Of a stretch of DNA of 64,000 bases, positions 35,905-49,800 are shown one piece after another; position 1 is the stretch's first letter, and every line of letters starts with the position of its first letter. Location of the stretch: contig MU619241.1 of NCBI GenBank assembly GCA_025201805.1, positions 85,480-149,479 of the forward strand. Direction: 5' to 3'. Source of the DNA: Parasitella parasitica NRRL 2501. Lineage: Eukaryota; Fungi; Mucoromycota. Made by a program: the position numbers and the translations under genes. The notes under the pieces are model-generated. The model did no database searches and had not been told where the DNA came from. It saw only the letters and a program-made list of their open reading frames with translations.

Positions 35905-38656
35905 ATGTCTGATATTGATGCACCATTGATTCCAAAAAGAACACACGATCCAGAAGATCCAGAAGATTACAACCAAGAACAGCACAGTTTTGATGAGGAC
36001 GATGAGCAGGAGAGACGTACCACAGATTACGGCACTGAAGTATACCCTTATCCAGCACATCTTCAGCCTGGTCATTTCACATCTCTGGAAAAGCTGTTCT
36101 TTTTCCTCTGTTCGCTTTTATTGATTCTGCTGTTCGTTTTCGTGGGGCTGTATGCAAGAAGCAGCCAAAAAGAAGACGATGATCCAGCGTCCAGAATGCC
36201 CTCACCCAAGACACCAAAGAATCATACTAAAGATCAGGTACAGCGAATCGACGGTTTTATGAGATTATACATGATTATTTATTTGTTTGTGTTTCTTCTT
36301 TTATAGTCTTATTGTTTGGATTACAGCTGTATCATCACTGCTGCTCATATCTTACAGGCAAGTTGGTGTCTTTTCGCTGAATGCTTGTAGTAACATTTTC
36401 TTAGGATGTGGATCGCGAATTGGATCCTTGCGATGATTTTTATGCGTACACTTGTAAGCCTTGTTTTCCGTTTGATATCTCATGTAGTTGACTGTTTGTT
36501 GTATATTGTAGGCAGTAAATGGGTTCAAAGCCATTTGATACCAGATGTTAGATCAAGGATTGACGCTTACACAATGACAACTGATGCCATTCATCATCGG
36601 TTGGATCAGATCCTGAGCCGAGATTTTGACAGATTCAACCCAACTGAAAAGGAAGATGTCTTTTTACCCAGCCCTGATCGCATTCTCGACAGACAATTGT
36701 TCATCAAATTAAGCGACTTTTACCAATCCTGCATGAATCAGGATGCTATCGAAGAAGCAGGTGTAGCACCATTGTACGATATATTTCGCACCATTCGCCA
36801 ATTGATTCCTTTGGATCAACCCGTTCATTCAGATAATCTGCATAATACATTAGCATTCTTGTCAGATCGAGAAATATGGGCACTTTTTGAAATGAAGACC
36901 CTACCTGACTCTCTACATCCAACCAAACCCAGTCTTTCTTTATCGCAGGGACAATTAGGCCTACCTCATAGAGAACTATACGATGATCCCGAAATCATTT
37001 CGGTTTACATGCATGTAGTGACCTCCTTGTTGGATATCATATTCAAACAGGACACAGATAACGAATTTGGCTGGAAAACATGGAGTACCATTGCAACAGC
37101 GCGCCGCATTGTAGAATTTGAAAAGAAACTGGCGCTAGCAACATTCACTGATGCCCAGCATCCTGAGAGATGGAGTGTGGAGCGACTACAGAACGAGGCG
37201 CCCAACATTGATTGGCAATCTTTTATCAAGCATCATACAGCCTTGCCTGATCATATTCTAATTCCAACGCCAACGTTTATTGCAAATTACAATGAAGCTT
37301 TGAGATCATCTAATGGACGCACGCTGCAAATGTATTTGATTTGGCGGACCATTTGGAAATATCTCGATGTCATGGGAGAAGAGCTTGTAGCGCCTAAAAG
37401 AAAATTAGACGCTAAATTGAGTGGGATTGAGCCAAGGGCAAAGCCTGAACGTCGTGACACTTGTATTGAGCTGATTGATCATAGTGCAATGGGTTTGTTG
37501 ATGGGTCGATACTTTGTAATGGATCACCAACAGCAACAAATAGCCCAAGCTAAATCAAAAATAGAGGAAATGGGGCACATGATTGTAAAAATACTGCAGA
37601 ATCGTGTGCCTTATTTAGGGTGGGTACCGAAGGACGATGGGACTACTCGCAATGAAATCTTGACCAAACTGCAGCATATCGAATTTGAAATAGGATTCTC
37701 TACTGCAGAACCCAGTATCCACAATGTCATTTCTTTAGCCGAGTATTTTGGAGATGTTGTAATTGTTAAGGATAGTTTTTTTGACAACATGATGAGAAAT
37801 AACAAGCATCGCGTAAGGCAAACTTGGAGGTCGCTGAGCCAGACCACTGTTGACAAGCATGCATGGAAGATAAATGCTCAGAGTGTAGATATTTCGTATA
37901 ACAGGGAGCTGAACAAAGTAAGCCAGTAGATAAAAGGGAGTTTGCAGTATCTGAGTCCTATCTGCTTAGGTGATTATTCCTGGCGGCTTGTTGCAGCTGC
38001 CATATTTTGATCCAAACGGACCTCAGTATTTGTATTTCGGAACAATTGGGTGGCTGATTGGTCACGAAATCATGGTAAGTGGAGACACCCTCCAATCATA
38101 TGAAGTAAACCAGCTCGTCTGACCCCACGTGGTTTGTTAATATAGCATGGATTTGATACAATCGGAAGGAACTACAATGTGGAGGGAATATTCGGACAGT
38201 GGTGGACAAATGACACGATTCAGCAGCTAGATTCTCAAAACAAATGCTTGATAGATCAATACAATGCGTTCGGAATAAACGGAGAAAGAACGCTCGACAA
38301 CAACTTTGCAGATCACGGTGGACTTTTGATAGAATATTTGGATGCTACTGCTACAACAATAGCAACAAAGATCCCCGGTTTAGATCCTTGGACAGAGGAC
38401 CAGCTAAGTTACATACAGTTTGCTCGAATGAAGTGTAGTAAGAGTACCGCAGAACAACAGGTAAAAGTCAACTGGGAGCCACGACATCTATTATTTAGCT
38501 CATTTTTACTCGGTTTAGCTTCTTGTTAAGGACTATTCACCTGATCGACTTCGTGTGAATGGTCCATTGATCAATTCCAAGCATTTTTCCAAAACTTTTC
38601 GATGCAAGAAAGGCTCTTTTATGAACCCGAAAGATGAAAAATGTCGAGTTTGGTAA
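35905..38656 (+). CDS. Peptidase M13 (neprilysin/ECE-like) type II membrane protein, probably catalytically impaired
   Basis: N-terminal TM, DPCDDFYAYTC, FYQSCMN, GHEIM|HGFD and terminal KCRVW. The ENxAD motif reads NNFAD. Confidence 0.9.
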
Positions 38657-38759
38657 TAATTTTTCCCTCTTTTCTTTTTCCTTTTTTTTTTTTTCCTACA
38701 TTTTATTTATATTTACATTGTAATATAATTTAATGATACCTTAGAAATAAAGTCTCAAT

Positions 38760-40450
38760 ATGAAATTCGGTAAACAGCTTGAAACTGAGGCGGAAGGTAT
38801 CCCTTCAGAATGGAGACCCTATCTTATTCAATACAAAACTTTGAAAAAGCTCATTACTAAGGTTGCCGAGGAAATTGAAAGTAGGGGGCTCTCTACTTCC
38901 TTATTGCACGAATGCTTGGATGAAGATGGCCGTGTATCGTCTGCTGTCAAGGACGAGGAAGATGAAGGTATTCCTAAGATCAAGTACTATTTTACAGGTA
39001 AGTTTGAATGGGACGTTCATTAGCAAAGACTCAAGCTTTGTTGCATTAGGTGAGCCGCCCAATGTCAAGCCTAATATAGAATTTATCTACGATTCCGAAG
39101 AGCCCAAAGTTCAAAAAGCACTTTCAAGATTGCTATCATCGTCTGCTACAGCAGCAGCAGCATCAGATTATTTAGAAAGACCAAAGCTAGAATTCAAGAG
39201 GAGTCAAAACAACAAGGATTTCTTTTCTCTGTCAACCGATGCTGCTGCAACAAAAGGTGATACAACACTGGAAGATCAAGATGAACACATTTTGGTTAAA
39301 GCTCCGACCGTAAAACGACAACGACGAAGCTCGACGGTGACGCTGGTAAAAGAATTATTGATTTTGACTCTTGAGGAGAAAGATAGAATCAAAGATAGAG
39401 AGTCAAGCGAGCGACTAGATTCAGAGGAAAATCGAGAAAAGCACGAAAAGCACATTAAAACATTAGTTGTCGAATTGGAACAGGATGATGAATTTTTCAA
39501 ATTTTTGATGGAAGAACTACAACAAGCTAATATGCTGCAGAATTTCACCTCGCAAAAATTTCAGCATAATATCTCTGATCTTGAAATGAGAATGACAAAA
39601 GTTGCTGCGCCAACGCAAAAAACAGACATGTACAACTGGCGCAAAATATTTTCCATTTACATGGACGCACAGATCTTTCAGGGCAATGCAGAATCAGATC
39701 GAACATTTCGTTCAGTAGAGAGAGCTAAAAAGCAAATGGCCTGGTTTATTGAACAACTTGGAAAAACTCGATTACTCAACAAGCTTAAATCTAAAGAATC
39801 CAAGTCTGCATTCGAGCAATTTGTCGCTTTAAACACTGAGCTAATTACTATGAAGCATTATCAAATGCTGAATCAAACTGCGATGCGGAAAATCCTCAAG
39901 AAACACGACAAGAGAAGTGGACTGACTGCAAGCCAAAGCTTCCTGGAAATTGTATCTACAGACGCGCTATTTAGTCCAAAGCTGGCAAATATGTTGTATG
40001 CCACCATCACCTCCAAAGTGACAACAATTATACCACAACCCGAAGATTATGGTAACATTTGCGGTGCCTGTGAAGAGTATATATAACTGAATCAATTATT
40101 ATGTAGCTTGTCCAGTTTGTATGTCTGTAGCATGGAGACCCATTCGATTGGCGTGTAGTCATGTCTTTTGTGTTCGCTGTCTCATCAAAGCACAAAAGAA
40201 GAAAATGGATAGCTGTCCACTATGCCGCCATCCCACAGCTGTGAGATCCGCCACTGCTCTAAATTTAGATGAAGGTTTACAGAACTTTCTCAAGCTTTAT
40301 TTTCCACATGAGATCAAAGAAAAGAAGCGGGAGAATGAGCGTGAACAAGCAATTGAGGATGTGCAAGCAATGACTGGAAAGAAATACACCGAAGAACAGC
40401 TGATAAGATTGAGCCAAAATCAATCTGATGCAAAATGTAACATCATGTAA
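38760..40450 (+). CDS. SPX-RING E3 ubiquitin ligase (S. pombe Pqr1 / plant NLA architecture)
   Basis: MKFGKQL..EWRPYLIQYKTLKKLI and NQTAMRKILKKHDK (SPX); C3HC4 RING CPVC...CSHVFCVRC...CPLCR. Confidence 0.92.
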
Positions 40451-40583
40451 AATAGATACAGTAATTTATTATAAAGTCAAATAAAAAGATCAAGGTAGTT
40501 GGTATATTTTTGTTGTATATTTTATACGTATTTACAAAAAAAAAAGAAAGAAAAACGCACACACACACAAACTGTTGACCAGT

Positions 40584-41226
40584 TCATGGCTGATAAGGAG
40601 GTGGGGGTAATAGTGGATTAGGCGAAGATGAGGAAGGACTGGACAAAGATATTGCGGTAATATCTAAATTTCGATCAACATTCAATTTTCTTTCATGTTG
40701 TTGTTGTGCCTTTTGTTGCTGTAGCAACCTCAATTGCAATTGATATTGTTGCATCATTGGACTCACATCTTCCACATGAGTAACTGCTGGTTTAGGTGGT
40801 TCAACATGACTATCAAAATCACTTGCAAACTGACCAAATCTCAGATTATTGCAGTTTTCAATACTTGTTTGAACCATGCTGTTTTCAATGTCGCTCGTTA
40901 CATTGGCAGCCAATTCTTTTCTGCTCTGTGAGCTACGACGATTTCGCTTTCTTCTGCACATGAGGAATATAGTAACTGCCATTGCAATAGCACCAACAAT
41001 ACCAATGACAGCGGCGATTATATGTACCGTATTAAATGCAGGTGTATGTTCTGTATGTGTTGCAAATGTAGAGCCTCCTGAGGCTGATCTTTTAACATGA
41101 TTGTTGTGAATATAGGTTACACTAACGAAAAAAAAAATCAGTCAAGTTTTCTACTTTCTTCTTTTCATATAAAAGAAATCACCTATTGACATGATTATTA
41201 TAATCATTCTGTATTGGAATTATCAT
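40584..41226 (-). CDS. Single-pass membrane protein with C-terminal PPxY motif (2 exons)
   Basis: Spliced MIIPIQNDYNNHVN|SVTY...HIIAAVIGIVGAIAMAVTIFLMC-RRKRNRR...LLPPPPYQP*. Confidence 0.7.
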
Positions 41227-41722
41227 CGGTTTTATAGCTGAGCTTTTATTATATAGATTGTTGTATTTGAAAATGTCGTAATGCTTAAAAAACAAGCTGG
41301 GTATGGTAAACGGCCTTAATTTCCAAGTTGAGCAGCAGAAGATGATATGAATACAAGAAAGAGAAGAAGGAAGAAAGGAAGATTGTCATAAACGACATTT
41401 TATGGGTGTTTCGGGCTTACAAAAAGTAGCTAGAAGGTAAGGAACGTCAGGAAGATACTTATGAAAGTTAATTTTACAAGCACTGCGAAAGTACGGAAAT
41501 CTGTGATGAGCTTTAGGTAACCATCTACTGCAAAAAATTGGTAACAGTATTTGATTGGTTAATGTAAAACACATTTATCAGGGACCCCTTTTGTGATTTA
41601 GGCCTCTCTCCTTATACTAAACAATTAGGTTGCTTATAATAGTAATGCAATAAAGTGAAATTCATCTTGTTGAAGCCTTCTTTCTTTTTCTCCCCTTTGT
41701 AAAATTTATTTTGCGACGCAAG

Positions 41723-42570
41723 ATGCTACTAAAAAGATTGCAATCCCTATTTAATGATAATAAATCTATCAAGTAACTACATTTTCTCGCATTAATCTTG
41801 TGTTATAAAATGAATATTATTATTTACACACGCAAACAAAAAAAAAACATATTTGTTATTTTTAGAGCTCAAGTGTATTCTCAAGAATCTATTCAACAGG
41901 TAATAAAAGAAAGGAAAGAAGAAAGCCACTCTCCTATTTTTCTAGAAATTTAATATTATTGTGCGCTTTATAGTCAGCAGCTTCTTTGCCTTGTTCCATT
42001 GCAAGATCAAATTTAAAAGACCAACAAATAGATCAGCATGTTCAATCTGGTATTCATCATCATGAATTAGGTCAGTTGGAAAAAGCAACACATTGTTTTC
42101 GATTAGCATCAAAAGAAGGCTGCCCAATTGGAATGTTCTTGTATGGTATATCTTTGCGACATGGATGGGGTTGTAAACCAAATACCTCTCTTGCATTTCA
42201 ATATCTACAGACAGCAGCAAAGCATGCCGTAGAGGATCTTCTGCATGGAGATGAATACGCACTTGCATCAAAAGGTGAACTGATCATGGCTATTTACGAA
42301 TTGGGTGTCTCATTCCAACAAGGTTGGGGCGTTACCAAAAGCAAAGAAACTGCATTTTATTACTTTGAAATCGCTGCAAATCTGGGCGATTGTGATGCCA
42401 TGAATGATTTAGCATTTTGCTATATTCATGGCCATGGCGTAAAAAAAAATGTTTACAAAGCTGCCCAATTTTACAGAATGGCTGCAAACCAGGGTCATGG
42501 CCAAATAGGAAACTCATGGATTTGGAAAGACAAATATAATATTGTAGATGATCCTGACTGGGGCAAATGA
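41723..42570 (+). CDS. SEL1-repeat protein (Dsf2/Nif1-like), 3 exons
   Basis: GMFLYGISLRHGWGC, AIYELGVSFQQGWGV, AANLGDCDAMNDLAFCYIHGHGVKK, GNSWIWKDKY. Confidence 0.88.
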
Positions 42571-44811
42571 GTGTTTATTGAACAAGTTATCTCTGCCTCA
42601 ATGTATAACCACACTTTTAATCTTAGTTACGCAGCTACCTATTTGTGTTTACTGCTCTCCTTTATCTTTTTTTTTATTGCTCTTCTCGTTGTGTTTCATT
42701 GGTTATTTATTATATTATTTAAATATGATGCTAGAATCAATTCACTCCTTGACGTATAATAGAGTCAAAAGATTAATAAACACGACAAGTGTCAAACTAT
42801 TACCATCATTTATATGCATCACATTTTGGATGATTCCCCTGGATATCATAGCAACATGTTTTATTGCAATAAGCAACATTCAAAACTATATCAAATATAA
42901 CCACAGCATAGCAAAATTTTAAATTAAAAAGTGAACTTATGCATCGCACTGATATTTTATACATTAACAGAGAGAATTCATTTTTAATGCACAGAACACT
43001 TTTCTTTCTTCGTTAGCAGTTAATATATGTTACATTTATCAATACGGTACAAGCTGGTCTGTCCCGCTTCACAAATATCTTTAGTCTATCATCGCGCAGC
43101 GCTTGATGATGGCAGCCTCTCAGTAAATAATTGTGATAATATATCTATTAAACCTTCACTTCACCACTATACGATGTAAACAAAAAAATTTTGCTCATCA
43201 ATATCAGTATGATAAACCACCTTTTCTGCTAACTCTATTTTGTAACAAAATATGCTTATAAAGAGATTCGTAGGCTACTATTAGTATTACTTTTACCAAA
43301 TAATCTGCAACACAGCTTGTAATATTTGATTACAGATAATATTTTGAGAGAGAGAGAGGCATTTTCTCGATTGCTTTTATGTGCATTGTCAATACTCAAT
43401 GCTGCTAATTATCTTGATTTTCGTTTCGGTATTTTCTTGAACTCAAGGAATTAAATGCTTCATTAGAGCTTTTACTTTCTTGAGAAGAGGTTTTACTCCC
43501 TTGGGCTCCCTCCTGCCGGTTCTAAAAGCGTTCTCTCCAGGTTCCTTTTGTCTACTCGTCGATGATTGATGGTGTTGCCCTGCAGACTCGTATTTCTGGA
43601 AATACTTGGTATTCTTTTCCTCATTTAAAACAGTAATAAGCGAATTATTTTTTAATATTTTAAATTGTGTCAGTATTTTACATTGCGCTAATAACTTCAT
43701 CCCAGTTCCACACAACCAACAGGGATACATTGATCTAGTACATTGGCTCGTTTCGAGAATTTTAGAAAAATACAACAAATGAATTTTAAGCTTGGTCCGT
43801 TGCGTCTGGATCCTGCAATAAGCAATGATGTATTGCATACAGATCAAATATACCATATTTATTCAAAGGATTTGGCGTATACTGAACAATTTTGTGTCCT
43901 CCCTTTTTAAAAAGTCTATTTTATAAGCTATAAACGGTTATTGCCTATGCTACTGATCTGCCCATAATACCACATTTAACAAGAAACAAAAGTCCTCATC
44001 AAACTGGAATCATATAGTATGCGAAAAGTTAGCCCCTTTCTAATATAAATAATTTTGGATAAAAAACCCTTAATTTATGATTATCTTCAAGATTAGCATA
44101 TAAAATGTCGTGACATATATACATATTGTATATGAAACAAAGAGCAACTAAGCGGCACATATTCAATTACATCAATCAAATTATAAATAAAATTCTCAAT
44201 TTATAAAGCCTGTCAGTTTTATCCTTTTCCCAGTATTTTCTCTCCTTGATTTGTCATTAAAGAAAGGGGGTTGTTATTTTTAAGAAATGTCTGCTCGGCT
44301 ATACCTATTGTCCGTACCAGTTTATGATATTCATGAAACATGTGGCAACATTTTTGTTTATTTACGTTTCCGTTTTAAGCTTGATCTTCACATGCTGGTA
44401 GATGTGGCCAAGACATTTTCATGATTTTTTGTTTATTTTGGAAGCGCGCCAGCAGCACGTTAATAATCCTCTCAGAAGATTGGATGTTATTACAGCTTGG
44501 ACATCCAATGCTCAAATGAAGTCGTAAAGCATGATCTATTATTCCGTATAAACCGGACCAAACAACAATAAGCGGTAGTAAAGAGATCAAGGTTGTTGCC
44601 GGAATGTTTTCCGGGCAAACAAACAAAAAGATTTCAACAATTACAGAAAAAATACATGTAAATTTATTAAAAATAAAATCTAATATTTATGATACAAATA
44701 ATAACAAATTGGATACTATACAATGGTGTCGTTAATCTGAAGATAGTTATAATAAGGGAATGACTGAAGAAAGTCGATTTTCTTTAGCTTGCTGTCTATA
44801 TCTATGTCAAT

Positions 44812-46833
44812 CTACGTTTTATGTTTGGCGAATACAGATTCACGTGTGCCTAAATGAGCTAAGGCTTGATATGGCTTCTTGGGAGGAGGAAAAGGGCCTT
44901 GTAGTAATAGAGAAAACGCTTTTTTTATGAACCCTTTGTTTTTAGTGTTGTGTTTTTTTTTTTTGTGTTTCGGCTCATTTGTTGCAGACGAAGCAGTCGA
45001 CGGCGTTGTTGTGTTGACACTATTTGATCTCCTAATTGCTCTCCCACTTAAAATGTTTCGTTGTTTAGTGCTAGAAATAGGTAGACGTTTTGTTATTGTT
45101 GATCTGGTCGAGTTACTGCTGCCATGAACATAAATGGGTCTATTGGCTTTCATTGTCCCACCAGTATTGACAGTATGATGATAATGATACCGATCCAATA
45201 AAAGAGGTCGATAAGGCTTGAGCCAAGGATGATGGATAATCAAATCTAACGACGCTCTTGAGGAATCAGGAGCCAACATGCGTTTTATTATATCTTTAGC
45301 ATCTAACAATGAATGTAAGCACGAGTAAGATAATTATAGCAATAAAATCAACTTACCCTCAGAAAGCTCATTAGGGATACTAAAATCGCTATTTAACATC
45401 TTTTTGAACAGTTGCTGATCATTAGAGGCAGAGAAAGGGTACCTTCCAACCAACATTCGATATAAAAAGACGCCCAAAACCCAAACATCCGCTAATTCAC
45501 TGTGATATTCAATATTTACTGAGAGCTCTGGAGGAACGTACTGAGAATTGCCACAAAACTTGTGATATTCCGATTTTCCTTGACGAACCATTCGCATCAT
45601 ATCGATGTTGCCACTGTCATCAAACAGCAAAGCCATTTCACTAGGGTTTCCATTCTGGGTTTTTTGTACTTGTATTTGCTGCTGCTGCTGCTGCTGGAAT
45701 TTATTGGCAGCGAGTACCATCTTGGCAAATTTGCGCTTGCAGAGGTCCTCGTTGCCCACAAGATCAAATGGCATAAATTGATCACTAGGCGTCTTTTGAA
45801 TAGCTTTGATTTCAGGCCATGGCGTATTTGTCTCGGTTTTTACTGACGAGGAAGAGGAAGCAATAGGAGGAAGGGGGCAAATAGAGGTGTCTGGTTGCTG
45901 TTCATCTGTTGTAGGCTCCTGGATACTCGGGACAGCAGCAGATGATGATGAAACAGCTTGCTTGTTGTCAGTAATATCCAGCTGAGTAGACAAAGAGGCA
46001 TCTGCTGCTTGAGAAGGTGAGCTATTCTGTCGTTGCATTTGACTGTCGCTGTTTAACAATACGTTCGATTCATTTGATTCGGTTGCCATGGTTTCGCTTT
46101 CTTCAAGAATTGGATACAAAGGTTGATAATTGTCGATTGTATGGCTTCTACTGTTTGAAGGCTGAAGAGAAAAAAAAAGAAAAAGAAATCAGTATCCATG
46201 GGAAATAAATTTATAGGCATTCTTTCAAAAAAAAAAAAAAAAAAGGGCACTATGAATCTCTTTGTAGGTAAAACAATAACAATGCAATTGATTGTTACAT
46301 AGTAAAAATAGCAGCAGCAGCCAGACAAGCTCGGCGGCCATAATTCCCGCTTTGCTTACAAATAATTGGTGTGTGTGCAACATTGTCATGTAATGTACGA
46401 TGAATAAATGCATGATATAAAACGTGGCAGACATATTGCATTTTATAAATAGAGAGAAAGAGAGGGAAACAAGAAACATAATTACCTTGACGTTGCTATT
46501 GCTATTACTACTTGTAGATGTGAGAGACTCTATGTCTGCTGGATCAATCAATGTTGTGTCTGTTAATAGTGTCGGCATAGACGATATTGTTTTTTTGTCA
46601 ACTGAAATGTCATTATGAACGGACGTAGCAGATTTATCGGGTATAAGGAATGGGAGTGGGGGTTTATCAGGAGATAGTGATCTCCAATCAAGCGTAGTGT
46701 CATCTTTATCGTTCGTTTTGGATCTTTTGAGTTGACGCCACCAGGTTTTGATCAATGTCTTTTTGTTTCGTAAATCATTTATAAACAATTGAGGCATTCT
46801 GTTCTTCGTTTTGCGAGTGTCATCATCCAACAT
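44812..46833 (-). CDS. Kinase-like protein retaining only CAMK/AMPK-type subdomains VIII-XI (547 aa, 3 exons)
   Basis: Exons 46833-46486, 46161-45357 and 45302-44812. FCGNSQYVPPE, ADVWVLGVFLYRMLVGRYPF and DAKDIIKRML...HHPWL are present; GxGxxG, VAIK, HRD and DFG are absent. Confidence 0.8.
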
Positions 46834-49800
46834 GTGTTTACTACAATCATAAAATCTGTCGTTTTGATCAGATAAAAAATCTCAGGTACCGAAATACTTT
46901 ATTATCCAAGAAGATCTATAATTGAATATGGAAGAAGAGAGGAATGTTTTCAATACAATTTGATTTAAATATAAAAGCAGATAAAAAGGAGAAGAAGAAG
47001 AAGAAGCAGAACAATATACAACGACATTTACAAGTATAGATTTTTTTTAATTCTCATACCCGAGTAAAATTTACTTTTCAGGTAAATAGGCTCTACTTTT
47101 TGTGTGTCTTGAGAAGATGCAAACTAAACCTTGTATTTCTACACTTTCTAAGAGATGGATCTATTGCACCTTGTTTTTCTTGTTTATGAGTTAGTTAATG
47201 TTATTTGGTTTTGAGTCTGTCTCAAATACAAATGCTCAAATTTTTAAAAAGCACGTACCAACAAGTGCAAAAGTCCCTTTTACATGATTGTACATTAACT
47301 CATCGTTTGCACTAAACAAGCCCCCCTCCCCTTAACAGTTTTGCCACGCAAACACTAATAAAATCAACTATTTTGTTGATATTAACGCTTTTTCATGATG
47401 CCACCAACACTCCTTTCCAGGACGATCTTTTCAATTTATCAAATATATACATCTATATTATAGTGACACTGGGCACGTTTTTCTTCGATACATGTTTTTC
47501 CGGAAAATCAATACGTTAGTATATCTACATACACAACAAGTGGCAATGAAATCTAAAAGTGGCAATCAATCTATTAAAAGGTACAATAATAAATATCATA
47601 CAAGATTGTTGTGTTTAGGGCGCGCGGATTTATTACATAACCCCTTTGATCTTCGGTGCTACCAGCCAATCTGGTATATACGGTACAATATGGTGCAATG
47701 TGTGTTGTCTAACAAGAATCATATATACATTCCTTATCTACCCAGAGAAACTCCATTGTGAAAACTTCACTCGGATTTTTCTTCTTATGTTTGTAACAAC
47801 GTTATTTGTGGCGATATACAATGTGCCACTCCCCTGTAAAAACATGCGTACAAGTGTTTTTATAATACAGTACATCTAGTAAATCAGTACAGCGTGATCA
47901 ATTAATTTTAGTTCGAGATCAGACTGTAGAGAGTCTTTGATATTGTCAGTATATGAAAATCATACTAAGAAGCTAGATATATGTCTCGTGTTGTTTTCTG
48001 TTGTGTCCCATTTAGCAAATTCCTATTGTAATGCATACATGCAAACTTTGATATGATTTTGCTATTGAATTGGTATATGCATCTGCTATGTATCTAATTT
48101 AGAGAGTTTGGATATTAGCAATGTCGAGTATATATATCTGCTATATGTAAACCATCTGTTGCTATCCTCTTTTGATTGAACTCCTTCGTTCTTTATAATA
48201 TCACTGTGAAGCTGCAACATGCTATGGCCATAGCGTTATTTCTAATAAACAAGCTTTGAAAGTCGACATGTATATGCAGTGTCACCATGTTTGTATATCA
48301 AAAGCTACCTCGGACAATCACCAGCGATGTATTCTACGCTTAAGAGACCTATCTAAAAAAAATTAAAAAAAAAGTGTACAAAATTGTAGCTTTATCTTCT
48401 TTCTCATATAATTTACCGCAGTACATCAGAGACTCAGCATTAATCTCGTACATTTTCTCTCATCAGATCCATAGAATGCCTTTATTATATAAATTTGTGG
48501 CCCCTCAGGCATTACTACTATTATTTTTTTAAGGTACAGACGAAGGGATGTTTTATGCTTATATAGCATGTCTATTCGTCAAATTTTATGTAACAAAGCA
48601 GCTATTTTTTCTGCTGAATTAGCCGCCTTCAACAAAACTTGTGCTAGATAGACCGTACAACTTTGATTTAACATAAATGCAATGGCTTCGAGTTGGTGCC
48701 ATCTGATAAACAGATCCTGATTATTTGAACTGAATACTCAATAAAATAATGCAAAGTCATTTTCGATGTTCATGATGTCAAGGTATTGCCAAAAAAAAAA
48801 AAATCATGCTGATTTTATAGCATTTGAACTTATGGTGCAACTGAACGATATTTAAATCCATCAAAAAACTTTTAAGGGATGTTTTTACAACCCTATTGAT
48901 CTCCAATACAGTATGACCTTGTATAAACGATTACAAGTTTTTCATGAAGAGCAGAGCAAGGTGTGTTCTAGCCATGCTGATATAGTCGCAATTAGAGTAA
49001 TCAGATGCATACTTTTATTTGGGCCGGTTGATATATACTTATAGTTTTCGGCAGAAACAACGATTTTGATATAAAAATCACATATCAATACTTCTAAGTC
49101 TCGATAAAGAACAAAGCTAGGTATATTTAAGACTTAACTGATACAACTACAATTAGGGCTATCTGATGTGTACTTTTGTTTGGACTGGATGATGCATACA
49201 TATAAAGTTACCAGCAGTTTTATATATATAAAAATTGCATATATCCCAAGCTTGAGTTCAACAAACTAGAGCAATTTTGTATTTTTACACTAAACTTATT
49301 CAAGACCTATTTCTCAATGAACCACACTTCAGGATAACAGCATGGTCGCTTTTGCTAAAGGGTTTCACCGTCATTACTCAAGGTCAAGGAAAAGGTCAGA
49401 AGAGTAAGGTTGAGCACGGTCCACCATTCATCATTTAGCTCAACATTAATTTCTTCGATCAATAAAAAATTTGGCCTTTCTATCATTCCCACTGTTCACT
49501 GTCGCTAAATTCATTGCATAGAGAATCCATAGCAGCAAAAAAATTTCTTGGTGAAAAGGCTACTACTTGATATCGTTTGCTTCTAACATGCTTTGGATTG
49601 ATGTAATAATACGATAAAGACATTATAAGAAGTACCCAGCTGCTTCTTTTCTTTGTAGTAGATAATGCAATTACCCTTTGGCGTATCATTGAGAAGACAC
49701 AGCATACTGTAATGATAGCGTAATTTCCTAATAAGCAAGTATTAAAAGTCAAAGATACAAGCTTATCAAACCACTAAACGGAACACTCCTAATTGGCATT

